The notes beneath the pieces were generated by a model. It worked only from the letters and a program-made list of their open reading frames with translations. It was not told the DNA's origin and did not search any database. A DNA stretch of 64,000 nucleotides from assembly GCA_013265495.1 (NCBI GenBank), contig MU057584.1:784608-848607 (forward strand), read 5' to 3'. Shown piece by piece: positions 1 to 12,539 of the stretch. A program made the position numbers and the translations under genes. The first letter of the stretch is position 1, and each line of letters begins with the position of its first letter. Source of the DNA: Vicugna vicugna (lineage: Eukaryota).

Positions 1-109
1 TGTAATACATATATGTATTTATATACATATTACTTGTATAATACACTACATGTTATATATCATTTACTATATATTATATTATTAAAAATAAGTTATAAAA
101 ACTTAACAA

Positions 110-418
110 ATTATATTTAAAAGAAAGGTAACCAATACTCAGAACTATCACTTCCTAATTATTTTACTACACTTAATACTTTCTGTGTTCGTGGAGTGAT
201 TTTTGTCTACTGTATCCACATAGTGGAAACACAATAGAATGATTTACTACTGCACAACTCTTCCCATTTCCCATCTCTGCATGATGTCATGTCAGTAGTT
301 TAAAACTGGCCATGGTAAGAGAATTTATACCACAGATTTTGGCAGTTACTGGCTGTAAATCAGGGCTTTTTTTTTTTTTTTTCTGAGAGCTGGTCATGTA
401 ACATTTAGCAGAACACTG
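110..418. mobile_element. hAT DNA transposon remnant, MER63-like
   Basis: Terminal part ...TTTTCTGAGAGCTGGTCATGTAACATTTAGCAGAACACTG and internal GATGTCATGTCAGTAGTTTAAAACTGGCCATGGT resemble the MER63 consensus as I recall it; left boundary approximate. Confidence 0.6.
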
Positions 419-439
419 CTACCAGCCCTGATGGTTCGC

Positions 440-1078
440 CTTCCAAACATTGCCACTCTTTCTCCCCATCCCATTGCAACCCCTCGCCCCACCCCGGCCT
501 GGACCGCTGCAGTTGCCCCTTCTCAGTCTTCCTCTCCCCTCTTTACCCACAGTCTGTTCCCCACACAGCAGCCAGAGGGATCCATTTAAGTCTGAACCTG
601 TCCCTTCTCTACTCATCACCCTCCCATGGTCTCCACCTCCCTCACGGTCAAAGCCAAAGTCCTCCCAAGGCTCTGCACGACCTGGCCACCCATGTCCCTC
701 GACCACTCAGCTCCAGTCACACTGACCTCCTTGCTATTCCTCCAACACATCTTCCCACCTCAGGGCCTTTGCACTTGCTGTTCCATCTGTCTAGAATTCT
801 TCCCAAGGTTGGCTCCTTCTTGTCGATAAGGTCTGAACCCCTGTCTAAGGTAGCTCCCCTCAGTCACTCTGTGCCACAACTCTTGTTTCTTGGCCTCATG
901 GGATTTTGGAATTATCTTGTTCTTTCTTGATTTCTGTGTTTCCTCCTATCTCCCCACCAGGCTGACAGCTCTGTAAGAGCAGTGACCTTGTCCATCTTAT
1001 TTATCACAGGAGCCACAGCTCCCCATATGGGTCCAGAACAACCATAAATATTTGCTGGATGGATGGATGGATGGATGG
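440..1078 (+). mobile_element. L2 LINE 3' remnant ending in (GGAT)n
   Basis: L2-like motifs CCACCTCAGGGCCTTTGCACTTGCTGTTCC and ...ATAAATATTTGCTGGATGGATGG. Confidence 0.65.
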
Positions 1079-1292
1079 TCAGGACCCTGGTGCAACTCCG
1101 TGTCAAGTCTTGACAGCACCCCCAAGACTTCCATCGGGGGTAATGCTGCCTGCTGTCTCTCACCATGTACCCATTTATCAAGCTCTTTCCATCTTTTGGA
1201 AAATGAGGATCTAGGGTGTCCAGAGATGTGCCCATGGAGGAACAGAGCCAGAGCTGCATAACCCGGGCAGTGTGTGGGGTGGGGGCTCTCAC

Positions 1293-1592
1293 CTTCCACG
1301 GAGAGTTTCTCCACCGCCCTGCGCTCACCGCGGGAGCAGTGCGGGGGCAGCGTGTAGCCCTTGATGCTGCGGCCCGTGCGGACACGGCTGCTGAGCACGT
1401 AGTTGGGGTCCAGGTCGTCTCCACCCTAGAGAGTGGGTGGGGGGTCAGGGCCCAGTGGACCCTCCTGCACGCCCTGCCCCCTCCCCAGCAAGACCAGGTG
1501 TCCCTCCAGGTCCTCCTAGCCAGCTTGGGCTCTCAGCTGCTTCCTCTGCCTCCTCCAGCCTGCCTCCCTCCCCTTCCCTGGCTCTGTCTCTC

Positions 1593-1631
<39 letters not shown>

Positions 1632-3064
1632 TTTATCTCTCTCCATCTCTGTGTCTCTGTTTTGTGCCTGCCTTCCTCTCTTTCTCTCCTCAACTCCCAT
1701 CTGTCTTCTGGGTCTCTGTCCCCCTCTTTCTTCCCATCCCCCTCTACATTTCTCCCATCTCTGTTTGTCTCTGTGTCTCTCTGGGTGTCTTCCCCACGAC
1801 CTCCTCCGTCTTCCCCCTTCCGGCCTCCCCTAGGGGCAGCGAACCTTGAGGTTCTCATGGTTGAGGTCGGTCTTATGCTTGTCGGTGGGTTTGTAGCCCC
1901 CGTGCCGGTCCTGGATGATGGGGTCGAAGAGGTCCTTGAAAACCACGTAGGACTCCTCGTCACCAGCCACACAGCCCACAGTCATGATGAAGGGGTGACC
2001 TGGGGGTCCGGGGGGAGGTCAGAGGTGCTTGTGGCCGGCAAGGAAGGCCTGGGCTTCTGGGTTCAGGATAGACCATGTGCACACGTGTGTGTGTGTGTGT
2101 GTGCGTGCATGCGTGTGGGTATTCACCCAACACCTCTGGGTCAGGACTGAGAAGGCTGAGTGTTGGGAGGAATGGGGAGGAAATACTGGGAAAGGTCAAA
2201 GTGGCATCTGGGGGCGGCGGTGGAGAATGCTGAGAACAGGACAAAGGAGGAATGGGGGGCAGTTACAAGGTACTGAAAATATGCCTCCTTGAGGTCCCCA
2301 AATCATGGAATCTTCCCCTAAAATTTTTCAGAACCTTAGATCATCAGCCCCCACGGATCATAAAGCACTTGAAAACACTTGTTTCCCACATGGGGAAACA
2401 GAGGCCTGGAGAGAAGTGGCCTCTCCACGCAATCACACGAAGACAAGTATTTGGTCTTCTGCCCTCAGTTCCACTTGCCCTGGCGGTGTGTCCTCAGAGA
2501 AAGAAACACAGTGCTCGTGACCCCTCCTCAAGAGTCTGAGCGCTCACTCCATGCCAGGCGCCACTCTATGTTTTCACACGTGTGTGTGTTTTCGCAGGTG
2601 AGGAAAGTGAGGCCGGGGAGAGTCAATGGCTTCCTCGGGGAAGTCTCACTTACACTCGCGTACATTTAGCGAGAGATTTACTATGTGCCGGCCCCATCCA
2701 CTTCACACCTCTCAATTCATTCGTTTCTCACAATAGCCCTGTGAGTATGGTCCATTTTTACAGATGGGAAGACTGAGGCCAGGGGAGGTGGGACCGAGGC
2801 CTGGCAGGCAGCCTTTGGAGTACCCCCGCCCCCACTCCTGATCCCCATGATGCTCCAGCGAGGAGGCTTACCTGGGTTGTCCACACCTGTCTGGATGACA
2901 TCGTCCAGAGTGAAGCCAGATGGAGTCTCCTTGTCTCGCAGCTTCTTGTAAATCTCAGGGGTCAGCGCCTTGGCCATGTGGTTGTTGTGCTTGCTGAGGT
3001 CTGGGTACTCCTCCTCAGACTTGTAGTTCAGCTTGAACTTGTTGTGGGTGTTGCCGAACGGCAT
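1293..3064 (-). CDS. CKM: Creatine kinase M-type, 5' part (coding exons 2-4; gene continues past the window start)
   Basis: Coding exons 3064-2872 (193 nt, [32 protein letters not shown]...VDNPG), 1999-1845 (155 nt, [17 protein letters not shown]...NLK) and 1425-1293 (133 nt, [24 protein letters not shown]...LSVE). All have GT-AG boundaries and consistent phases; Kozak context GCCACCATG. Confidence 0.98.
1597..1627. repeat. (CT)n microsatellite in CKM intron 3
   Basis: Direct reading of the CT run. Confidence 0.9.
2085..2103. repeat. (GT)n microsatellite in CKM intron 2
   Basis: Direct reading of the GT run. Confidence 0.85.
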
Positions 3065-4302
3065 GGTGGCGGTGTGGGGGGCCTGGTAAGCAGGTGAGGA
3101 GGGGACGATTAGCTCATATCCAGCAGAGACTAGCAAGAGAGCAAAACCAGGCTCTGGAGTCAGGCAGGCCTGACTGTCAGTCCTGACTCCTGTGCTGTGT
3201 GACTTGGAGAAAGAGCGGTTTCCTCTCTGAGCCCCTTCATCTTGACAGGATGCATGAGGAGTCTTGTGTCAGGGTCTTAGCTGTGCCTCATCTTGGCAGG
3301 TGACCCTGGACTAGTCACCTTGCTAGAGAGTTTCTCCAGCTGGAAAATAGAGGGGAGCACCCTTCAAGCCGGAGTAGACACTGTGGCATGTGTAGGAGTG
3401 TAGGTTCTAGAATTAGACAGCCTGGATTCAAATCTCAGCTCTGCCACTTACAAGCTGTGTGACCTTGGGCATGTTGCTTAACCTTGCTGGGCCTCAAAGT
3501 ACTCATCTGTGAAATGCGAGTATAATAACATTCACTTCATGGAGGCATTAAAAAGATGAAATAAGTTAATTATTTAAAGCACTTGGCGTAATTGGTGGCA
3601 CACAACAACAAGTATTATTTTGCTCAGTGATTATAATAATGATTATTAATATTAATTATTGTTAATTATTAATTTTTTTTTAAACTGTGAGGTGCTGGGG
3701 AGAAGATGGCAGGTGTTGCTGGAGATGAGTGTGTGAGCGAAGGAGGGACATTCTTTCCATAAGAGTTCTTGGGTTCTCAGTTGAGGGACGAGGGACCTTG
3801 GGGAAGGGAAGGCTGGGTGCCTGCCCCCACCTCTATTTGCTGACACCTCTCCTGCTGGGCATAGTTGAGAAGAACAACTCAGCCTCTAAGGTCGACAGAG
3901 CTGGGTTCAAATCCCACCTATGCTGTTTCCCAGCTGTGTGACCCCAGGCCAGTTGCTCAGCCTCTCTGAGCCTCTGTTTTCTGTGAACTGAGCCTTCCCC
4001 ATGGCCTTGCCAGGAGTATTCTTTGAGTTCAAGCATGTGGCCGGCTGAGCACAGGCCTTGGCTTGGAGCTGGGGCCCGGTACCTAAAGGAATGACTGCTA
4101 TTATTGTTATTATTACTTTAATCCACAAGATCCCGAAAGGAGGAGGTGGTGGCAGTGGGACACTCATTCCCAGCCCCAGGGATGGGAGCAGGAAGGATGG
4201 TGGGAAGGGGATGGGGACCGGGTGAGCTGAAGGCTGAGGCATCAGGCCAAGGGGGATGGAAACCCACAAAAGCCTTTGGAGTTAATGTCCAGGGTTGGGG
4301 AT

Positions 4303-4405
4303 TTATTTTTAGAGTCCGGCAGACTCCTCTACCACCCCCAGCTGCCACCCCCCGCCACATTCCAGGGACTCAGCTTGCACCAAGTCAGCAGGCCAGAGAC
4401 AGGTG
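4303..4405 (-). promoter_or_regulatory. CKM: CKM intron 1 small intronic enhancer (MEF2 plus two E-boxes)
   Basis: MEF2 CTAAAAATAA at 4303-4312 (minus) and E-boxes CAGCTG 4339-4344 and CAGGTG 4400-4405; same arrangement as the described MCK intronic enhancer. Confidence 0.75.
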
Positions 4406-5048
4406 GGCCAGGGTGGCCGGGAGGACGTACATGCAAGCCTTGGGGTTCAAGGGCTCCCAGCCTAGAAATCCCCCTTCAGAGCATGTCCCCACCCTCATCC
4501 CTGCTAGGGACATGCCAGGAGAGGGCACAAAGCAAGGTGGGTGAGCCCCAGAGCCACACAAACACATACACAAGGACCCCTCCACCCATCACACTGTAAA
4601 CAGAGCCACACATGCACACGTCACAGCGCAGGGACACCCAGGATACAGACACCCATGCAGGAGCCACGGAAATTCAGACGCAATAGGGACCCACAAGGTC
4701 ACCAAGGCAGAGACCCTGCAGAGAACTTGATAGACACCTCCCAGGGTTGCAGCGCCCAGTTCTGGTGACAAACCATCATGAACAAGGTCTAGCCTGCAGC
4801 CCCTTGCAGAAGGTGACAGCTGGCAGTTGTCAAGTCTCCTTTTGACTCTGGGATCCCTCCCCAGGACCCTGGGCTCGCAGGTGGAGGGGACTCTCTGACA
4901 CAAGGTCGACATTGCCACACACTGACCCATCTGTGTGTAGGAGGATGTGGGGGCCAACATGCCAGACCCCTTCCCGAGCCAGGTCGGCCTCTGGTACCCA
5001 TGGGGGCCCTCACTCTAGACCCCACCCTGGCTCCCACCCCGACAGTAC

Positions 5049-5135
5049 CTGGCTGGGCTGTGCTGGAAGGGGCTTTCTGTATCCTGGAGGCGACACTGAC
5101 CCAAAGAAGGACCTGCAGCCCTGGCCTTATATAGG
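5049..5135 (-). promoter_or_regulatory. CKM: CKM non-coding exon 1 (about 5100-5049) and TATA box
   Basis: TATATAA on the minus strand at about 5127-5133, roughly 30 nt upstream of exon 1; donor AG|GTACTG at 5049/5048; exon 2 acceptor CAG| at 3082. Confidence 0.85.
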
Positions 5136-5271
5136 GGGGGCCCGGGCTGTGCTATTGGCCAGGAGGGGCTGCCCCCTGGGACTGGGCTGGAGGGCAGCTG
5201 AGCATCTCACTTCACTGCCCGGGCATCGTGCCCACCCTGAACCCAGGCATGCCTTGCGTCCAGCCCCATGG

Positions 5272-5363
5272 CCTTGTATGGGCCGCCCCAGGGTCTGGGC
5301 CCAGGCCCCCCCACCAAGCCGATCCCCCGATCAAGTGCTGAGTTGGACTGGCGGGGACAGCTG
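5272..5363 (-). promoter_or_regulatory. CKM: CKM proximal promoter CArG-like box and E-boxes
   Basis: CCATACAAGG (minus, 5272-5281); E-boxes CAAGTG 5332-5337 and CAGCTG 5358-5363. Confidence 0.65.
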
Positions 5364-5862
5364 GCCCCCCGCCGGGGCCACGGGACAGTGTCAGGGACCG
5401 TCCCAGGCACGTAGAAGCCACGCTCCCCTGGCCCTCCACTAGGCCTCCAGCCTCTCTTCAGCCCCCAGTGGCCTTGACCCCAGCCAGTGGCACTTCCCTA
5501 GCCCTGCCCCTGGGGAAACCTTGCAATGGCCCCAGAAGGGACATGTAGCTGACTTTCCACAGGAGGAAACAGAGGCCCAGAGAGCCTGTGTGACTTGTCC
5601 GCTGTCACCCAGCTACAGGGAGCATATGACCAAAGTCAAGGTGGGAACTTGGCTGACCCCAGAAGCCTGTGCTTGGATGCACTTTCCTCCATGGGAGTGA
5701 CTGGGAGGGCAACAGAGGCTGTGCTGAGTTGGGGCAATTCAAACTCAAAGCCATATTGGAGGTGGTGGTCCCCTGTCCCACTCCAGTCCGCTGGCCTGGC
5801 GACACTGGAAGATTTCCGCCGCGCAGGGGACAGGGAGGGACTCGCGCTGCCAGGAATGGAGT

Positions 5863-6019
5863 TTATTTTTAGAGCTCGCTGCTGTCTTCTCTGGGAGACC
5901 CGAGGTGCTGGGATAGGGGATTGGCATGGAGGCAGGTGTTAGGGGGTGGGGTTGCCACGTGTCCAGGTTAATTATAACCAGGCATCTCTGGTGTCCCCAG
6001 GCCTTGCCTCCTTACAAGG
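5863..6019 (-). promoter_or_regulatory. CKM: Muscle creatine kinase (MCK) upstream enhancer
   Basis: Classical element order on the minus strand: CArG-like CCTTGTAAGG 6010-6019, Trex/Six4-like GACACCAGAG about 5986-5995, AT-rich GGTTATAATTAACC 5966-5979, left E-box CACGTG 5956-5961, right E-box CACCTG 5933-5938, MEF2 CTAAAAATAA 5863-5872. Confidence 0.93.
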
Positions 6020-6627
6020 GCAGCCACGGGCCGGGCTGGGCTGGGGAAGCCACCCACACCGGCAGGGGAAGGGGGCTGGGTGGCAACTGGGGTCAGAGCA
6101 CCGAACTCCGCAGATGCAGGCGAAGCAGGAGCTCTCAGCACCTCGACCGTGACCGTGACCATGACCGGGGACTTCAAGGGCTGAGGAGGAGATTCTGTGG
6201 AAGCTGGGATGGCATAAGGAAGCTGCTTCCTCAGCCTGGAGGGCGCCAAGATTGCAGGACAAGTGAGCGGGGCAAGTCCAGGGAACAGAAGTCCAAGCAG
6301 CGCCCAGGATTTAAATGAAGAGAAATTTCCTCTCTCTCTGGGGTTCCTTCCTCCTCCCAGGGCTCTCCCATTTCTTCCTGGGCAGCAGGGAACTGACCTA
6401 GGGAAAGGAGGTCCTTTCTACCCCTCTCTAGATTTCTTATAGAAGGGGGAATGCTTAGAAAATTTTTCCTTGGGGCCCAGCCCCTGACCTCTCCACCCAC
6501 TGTCCCCTCCCAGCAAGGTCACAGTAACAAAAAGTTCTCCTTCAAGGCTAAGGAAACTGAGGCCCAGAGAACTAGAACAAACTAGTCTAGAATCATTATG
6601 CATTTATCATTTCAACAATTATTTATC

Positions 6628-6910
6628 TAGACTCATAGACATAGAATACAAACTATGGGGGTGGAGGGTGGGAAGGGATAGACTGGGATTTCAAAATTGT
6701 AGAATAGGTAAACAAGATTATACTGTATAGCACAGGTAGCACAGGGAAATAGATACAAGATCTTATGGTAGCTCATGGAGAAAAAAATGTGACAATGAAT
6801 ATATATATGTTCATGTATAACTGAAAAATTGTACTCTACACTGGAATTTGATACAACATTGTAAAATGATTATAAATCAAAAAATGTTTAAAAAAAGAAA
6901 TTAAAAAAAA
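6628..6910 (+). mobile_element. 5'-truncated L1 3' end with TSD, inserted into an antisense L2
   Basis: L1 3'UTR motifs (AACAAGATTATACTGTATAGCACAGG; TGTACTCTACACTGGAA), A-rich tail, and TSD AATTATTTATC at 6617-6627 and 6909-6919. Confidence 0.85.
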
Positions 6911-8018
6911 TTATTTATCAAGCACTTACTGAGGACACAGCAGAAAATAACCAAGACCCCTGCCCTCATGGAGGTGATATTTTATTGAGGGTAAACAAGT
7001 AAATATACACTCTAATGTCGAGGGGAATGGGGCTTTAAAGGAAAATGAAAGAGTTAGTAAGGGATAGGAGTGATGGAACAGCAGAGGAGGTCAAGTCAGG
7101 CCTTTCTGGAGAGGTGACATCTGAGCAGAGACCAGAGGGAGCCAGCCATGTGGGCATCTGGAAGGGAGACAGCAGGTACAAAGGCCCTGAGGTGGGAGTG
7201 GCTTGGCATATCTGAGAGACAGGGAGGAGGCGGCAGGGCTGGAGCAAGTGGAGCAGAGGGGAGAGTGGGAGAAAGAAGATGAAGTTGGTGGGGGGACAGG
7301 AGCAAGCCTGTGGGGCCCTAGGGGCTGTGGGGCCTCCATCCCACTGTGGGTGGGATGGGAGCCCCCGGGGATTGTGAGCAGAGGAGAGACAGGATCCAGC
7401 CCAGCTCAGCCCCCTGGACCCTTAATAACCCCTTGTGGGGATATCTGACATTACTTTTGGCCACACAGCCTCAGAAACACTTTCTGTGCTTGCAGAGTTC
7501 CCCACCCTCTGACCCTCTCCTTTGAAGAAGCCAGAAATGTCAGAAACTCCATTTCCCAAAATCCTTTGCAGCAATGGCCCAGTCATGTGACCTTGTGTCA
7601 CAAGCTCCACCTCCTTTATCTCTTTGAGTCTCATAGAAAGAGTTGGCCTTGGGAACATGAGGACGCTCATCACATCTTCCTCCCCCCCGCCACCCCAGCC
7701 TCTGAGCCCATCAGTCTCAAGGCTTGTTTATCCCTCCTCCTACCCTAGCTCAAGACCTCCTCCACATCCCCACCTGCCCTAACCTCCTCCCGGGCTTCCC
7801 TGCTCCTGCCCTGGTCTTGCCCCCTCCAACCTACTCCCTACCTGCTGACCTCTCCTGTTCAGAACCTGCCTTGGCTCCCCAGTGACCTCAGGATAAATGA
7901 GTATTTGTTGACTAAGTAAATATTAGTAGCCTTATCAGGCAATTAGAAACCACTCCACCCAGCTTAAGCAGAAAGGGTTTTACTACCAGGTATTAGCTAC
8001 TTACAAAATTGGAGGGCT

Positions 8019-8406
8019 TTCTCCATCCTTTTACTTCTATGTTATTAAACCCAGGAGTTGAATTTATTGTTTTATCCTAACAAGTTTGTGATCCTGTGCT
8101 ACGTCTGGTACTATAAACTGTAGTGGATATTATTGTACTTCAAAAAGCTGGTCAGTAACTCCCATCTGTGAATTCCACATTTTACTGTGCTTGAAATAGT
8201 GATTTATAGCTTGTAGCACTTGCTTATTTGTCAACTTTAGCTCTTCCATATTTTAAGGACATTTAAACATCCCTTGTCCTATCATGATGACAAAAGCAGA
8301 ATGAAGCAGAATGTAATCTGGGGCGGCGGGGGAAGTCTTTGTACTTACTTGTAACAAGTTTTGTTTTTAAAGCTAATAAAGTTAGTTTTTTTTTAATCAA
8401 AAAAAA
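8019..8406 (+). pseudogene. Retroposed 3'-UTR-like fragment of unknown parent mRNA
   Basis: AT-rich, non-repeat-looking sequence with AATAAA 8375-8380, A-tract 8399-8406 and 12/14 TSD (AAAATTGGAGGGCT 8005-8018, AAAATCGAAGGGCT 8403-8416). Confidence 0.6.
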
Positions 8407-8544
8407 TCGAAGGGCTAAAGGAGCAGGCTGTAGGCTGGGCCTCCAGGAACACCTCTTGCCCCTGGAACCATGCTTCTTCTGGAGAACTGAACGTGCTGGA
8501 AGGAGGTTAGCATGACTGTTGAACGGCCACTCCACAGTGTCCAC

Positions 8545-9012
8545 CCTAACAGTATTTGTCTTTCTCTGTCTGACTTATTTCACCTACCGTAACGCCCTCC
8601 AGGTCCATCCATGTTGCTGCAAATGGCAAAATTTCATTCTTTTTATGGCTGAGTAATATTCCATTGTCTCCTACACCACATCTTCTCTATCCATTCATCT
8701 GTTGACGGACACATGTTGCTTCCATATCTTGGCTATTATAAATAATGCTGCTGTGAGCTTTGGGGTACATGTATCTTTTCTAATGAGTGTTTTTGGTTTT
8801 TGTGGATATATACCCAAGAGTGGAATTGCTGGGTCATATGGTAGTTCTTCTATTTTTAGTGTTTTGAGAAACCTCCATACTGTTTTCCACAGTGGCTGCA
8901 CCGATTAACATTTGTACCAACAGTGTATGAGGGTTCCCTTTTCTCCACATCTTTGCCAACATTTGTTATTTGTGTTCTTTTGATGACAGCCCTTCTGATA
9001 GGTATGAGGTGC
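8545..9012 (-). mobile_element. L1 ORF2 C-terminal/3'UTR fragment
   Basis: Minus-strand translation [32 protein letters not shown] is the L1 ORF2 C-terminus. Confidence 0.92.
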
Positions 9013-9044
9013 CTAATGGTTAATTCTTATGGTATATTTACTGA

Positions 9045-9150
9045 GGAGAGGTAATCAAGTTTGTTTTTTGGTGGATGTGCTGGGGATTGAACCCAGGACC
9101 TTGTGCATTCATAGGCAGGTGCTCTACCACTGAGCTATACCTTCTCCCCC
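9045..9150 (-). mobile_element. tRNA-derived SINE (camelid type)
   Basis: Minus strand GGGGAGAAGGTATAGCTCAGTGGTAGAGC...GGGTTCAATCCCCAG with A and B boxes. Confidence 0.85.
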
Positions 9151-9734
9151 CACCTTATGGTGCGTTAATGTCTATATATCAAGTACTCTGCCAACTGCTT
9201 TACATATATTAACTCACTAAGCACTCCCAACAATCAGGCTCCAAAAGGTTAAATAATTTGCTCAAGGTCACTTTGCCCCTGGAGGGGCAGAGCTGGGAGT
9301 CAAATGAACAGGGCTGCTGAGAGTGGGTTCAGGCTTCGGTGAAAATAATTTCCAGGCCTCTCACCAAAATCAGACTATCTTGTAAGCCCAGAGTCCCTTT
9401 CCAGGTCTCGGGGCCCTGATAATCTGTACCCACTTCCCCATGTCCCCTTCATCACCCTAGCCATCTGGCTTCAGGATTCAATCCCTGTATGTGTATTCAC
9501 CAATTTAATTCTCCAACAGCCCTACAAGGTGAGGATTGCTAATTTCCTCTTTACAAAACGGGGAAGTGAAGCCCAGATAGGTTGAGTCACTTGCCCAAAA
9601 TCACACAGCTGGGCAGCAGCAGAGCCAGACTGGACCAGGTAGTCACTCCCTTCCTGATTCCACCTCTTCATGCTGAAGCCTCATTTTACAGATGGATACT
9701 GAGGTTGAAAAAGGGCAAGGGATCGCAGACTTCT

Positions 9735-9940
9735 TGTATCCTGAGGTGGTAAAAAGTACATGGGAGCTTTGTGGGATCTCTCTTAAAAGAGCATCAGTCC
9801 CATTCATGTGGGCTCCACCTTCATGACCTAATCACCTCGTACTAATACCAAAGGTCCCAGCTGTTAAAAGCCATCATCTTTGAAGGTTAGGATTTCAACA
9901 CATGCATTTTGGGAAAACATGGACATTTAGATCATAGCAC
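9735..9940. mobile_element. MaLR (MLT1-like) LTR fragment
   Basis: CTTCATGACCTAATCACCTC...GTTAGGATTTCAACACATGCATTTTGGG...ATCATAGCA motif. Confidence 0.7.
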
Positions 9941-10332
9941 CAAGACACAATTCTAAGTGGGCAAAAGAAATAAATATACACCGATTGCCACAAAAATGCT
10001 GTGAAATGCACCATCCCAAAATGCAGGAGCTTGAAAATGGATGCAGGGTTAGCTGAGCTGGCTGATTTGGGTTGGGCTCAGCTGGGAAGCTTTGCTCCAT
10101 ACTACTGTATTAAAAAAAAAAACCCAGCAGGCTCAAAATGTTAAGCCCCTGTGTCACCAAATCAAGTGTGATCTTAAAGGAAACCTTCAACATGGGGAAG
10201 CTGGTCCAGAGACCCCAGGCCAACACAGCGGTAGCCCCACTTCCTCCTCAGGCAGCTTGGCCCAGTTTCCTTCTCTTTTTAAAACTTTTTTTAGGATTTT
10301 ATTTTATTAATTTAATTTAAAAAATTTATTTG

Positions 10333-10443
10333 GGGCCATACTTAGGTTTATTTATTTATTTCTTAATGGAGGTACTGGCGATTAAATCCAGGACGCCGTG
10401 CGTGCTAAGCAGGTGCTCTACCACTGAGCTATACCTTCCCCCT
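10333..10443 (-). mobile_element. tRNA-derived SINE (camelid type)
   Basis: Same head (GGTATAGCTCAGTGGTAGAGCACCTGCTTAGC) and TAAA-repeat tail. Confidence 0.85.
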
Positions 10444-12539
10444 CAGTTTCCTTCTCTTTAGATGGAGCAAGTCATAGTGCCAACTTCAGGGGGTGGCCCT
10501 ATGGACTCAGGGGCTCTGCTACTCCTTGGCTCTGTGACCTTGCACAAGTCACTTGACCTGTCTGTGCCTCATCTTCTCCTGTGGAACGAGGACAATCATA
10601 GCAACTACCTCTCTGGGTTGGTGTGAAGGTGAACAGAATTAATCTTCAAGACAAGACATGACATGGGGCCTGTCTTGGGTAAGAACTCAGAAATGCCAGC
10701 CCCAGTTGATGTTGGGCAAAAGTGCTTGGCCCAGGGCCAGTCTAAAGAAATGGTCACCTTACTTAACATCTTCTTTCAGCCTTTATCTCATTTAATCCTC
10801 ACCGCTTTGCTATGAGATGAGTGTGATCATCCCTGTTTTACAGATGAGGAAATAGGTGCTCAGCAAATCATAACTTGCCCCAGGTGACATGGAAAGGAAA
10901 TGTCAAGATCAGGATTGGAACTCAGATCTACCTGGCTCTAATTCCCTCCCCGCCCTACACATATATACATAGTGTTTATTGTATGCTGCTCTGTTCTAAG
11001 CCTTTTAAAAGGATTACTCATTAATCCCCACATCAGCATCACAAAATAGGTTACCTTTGTGAGTCCGGTTCTATAGATCAGGAATGTGAGGCCCAGAGAA
11101 GTTAGTTCTGGGTGCAGGAGTCACACGGCCAACAAATGACAGAGCAGAGATTTGCACCTGAGCCATTTGGTTCCGGTCCCTGCACTGCCTGGTAGTGGCA
11201 GATCCAGAACCAGTATCCACTGTCCTGAGGCCAAAACAATGGGGGTCAAGGTCTCAGCTGCCCCCTTCTACCTTGTTGCATGGAAGTATCTGGAGAAGTT
11301 AGATTGTGAGTTTGAGTTTTATTTTCCATCATTCAACTCAACACTCATGGTCCTGAGTGCCTTCTCTGTGTTCAGCCTGTGCTGGGTAGCACTGGGGACA
11401 CAGTGGGGACTGAGACTGCCTTGGCACTGTTGTCCCTGTCGGGGCTAACAGTTCTGTTTGGGAGACAGACAATTGATGATCCAGAATGGGTGAGGCTGGG
11501 ATTTGAGAGCCCAGGAGGCTGCAGGAGCCAGGAAAGGGCATCTCCTCCAGCCTGGTGAGGTAGGTGGTGGTCAGAGAAGTCTTCCTGGAGGAGGGAGCAT
11601 CTGCACCGAGGCTTGGCGACTAGAGAGCTGCGAGGGAGTCTGGAGCTGAGCGGCCCTGGAGGCTGAGAGAGGCCTGGTCCACAGACCAGCAGCGCTCTCT
11701 GCTGGAAGTATCCTGTAGTGCAGTGACCAGGGGTATTGTATTGCCTGGATTTGGCAAAGTTTTTGTTGAACTAAGTTCTTGTGATGCTAGAAGCCTGTGC
11801 GCCCAGCTTTGGCCAATTTATGTTTGTAGGACTTGATTCACTTACTCAGTTACTCAACAAATATTTATTGAGCACCTAACTTGGGCCAGGCTGTTCTAGT
11901 GCTAAAGAAAACGTGCTGACAATACAGAGCTCTGCCCGCAGGATCTGGCATTCTAGTGAGGGAGAACCAATAATATAATGCCCTAAAATCAGGAACTACT
12001 ATTTGCTAAATGCTTCCGATCCGTATATTAACTCATTCAATCCTCGCAGCCTTAGACTGTCCCCATTTTACAGATTAGGGAAACAGAGACACAGGTTAAG
12101 CTGCTTGCTCAAGGCCTGCACAGCCAGTAAGTGCTGAAATTGGATGTAAACCCAGAACCCAATTTTTAGCTTCGCTAATGATGTGATGTACCATAACAAG
12201 GTAGCTTAATTATAATGTTACATAATTTTAGGTCCTGAAAAGTTTTATTGACAAAATCAAGCCGAGGAAAGAGGTTGTGTTTTTGGTAAGAGGGTGTAAT
12301 TTAGAAGAGGCAGGCAAGAAAAGGCCTTTCTGAGGAAGAGGCCTTTGAAAAGAGACCAGACAAATATCGATATCTGTGGTGGAAAGAGGTCCAAGTAGGG
12401 GGCACAGCCAAGGCAAAGGGTTGGTGGCTGGCACTGCAAGGCCATCCGTCTGGGATCCAAGGTTTCCAAGATTCCGGGTTTCCAAGATTCTAGCTTCGCA
12501 GGGGCTCTGGTTTCCAGGCCTTCAGCGCGCTGAAATCGT

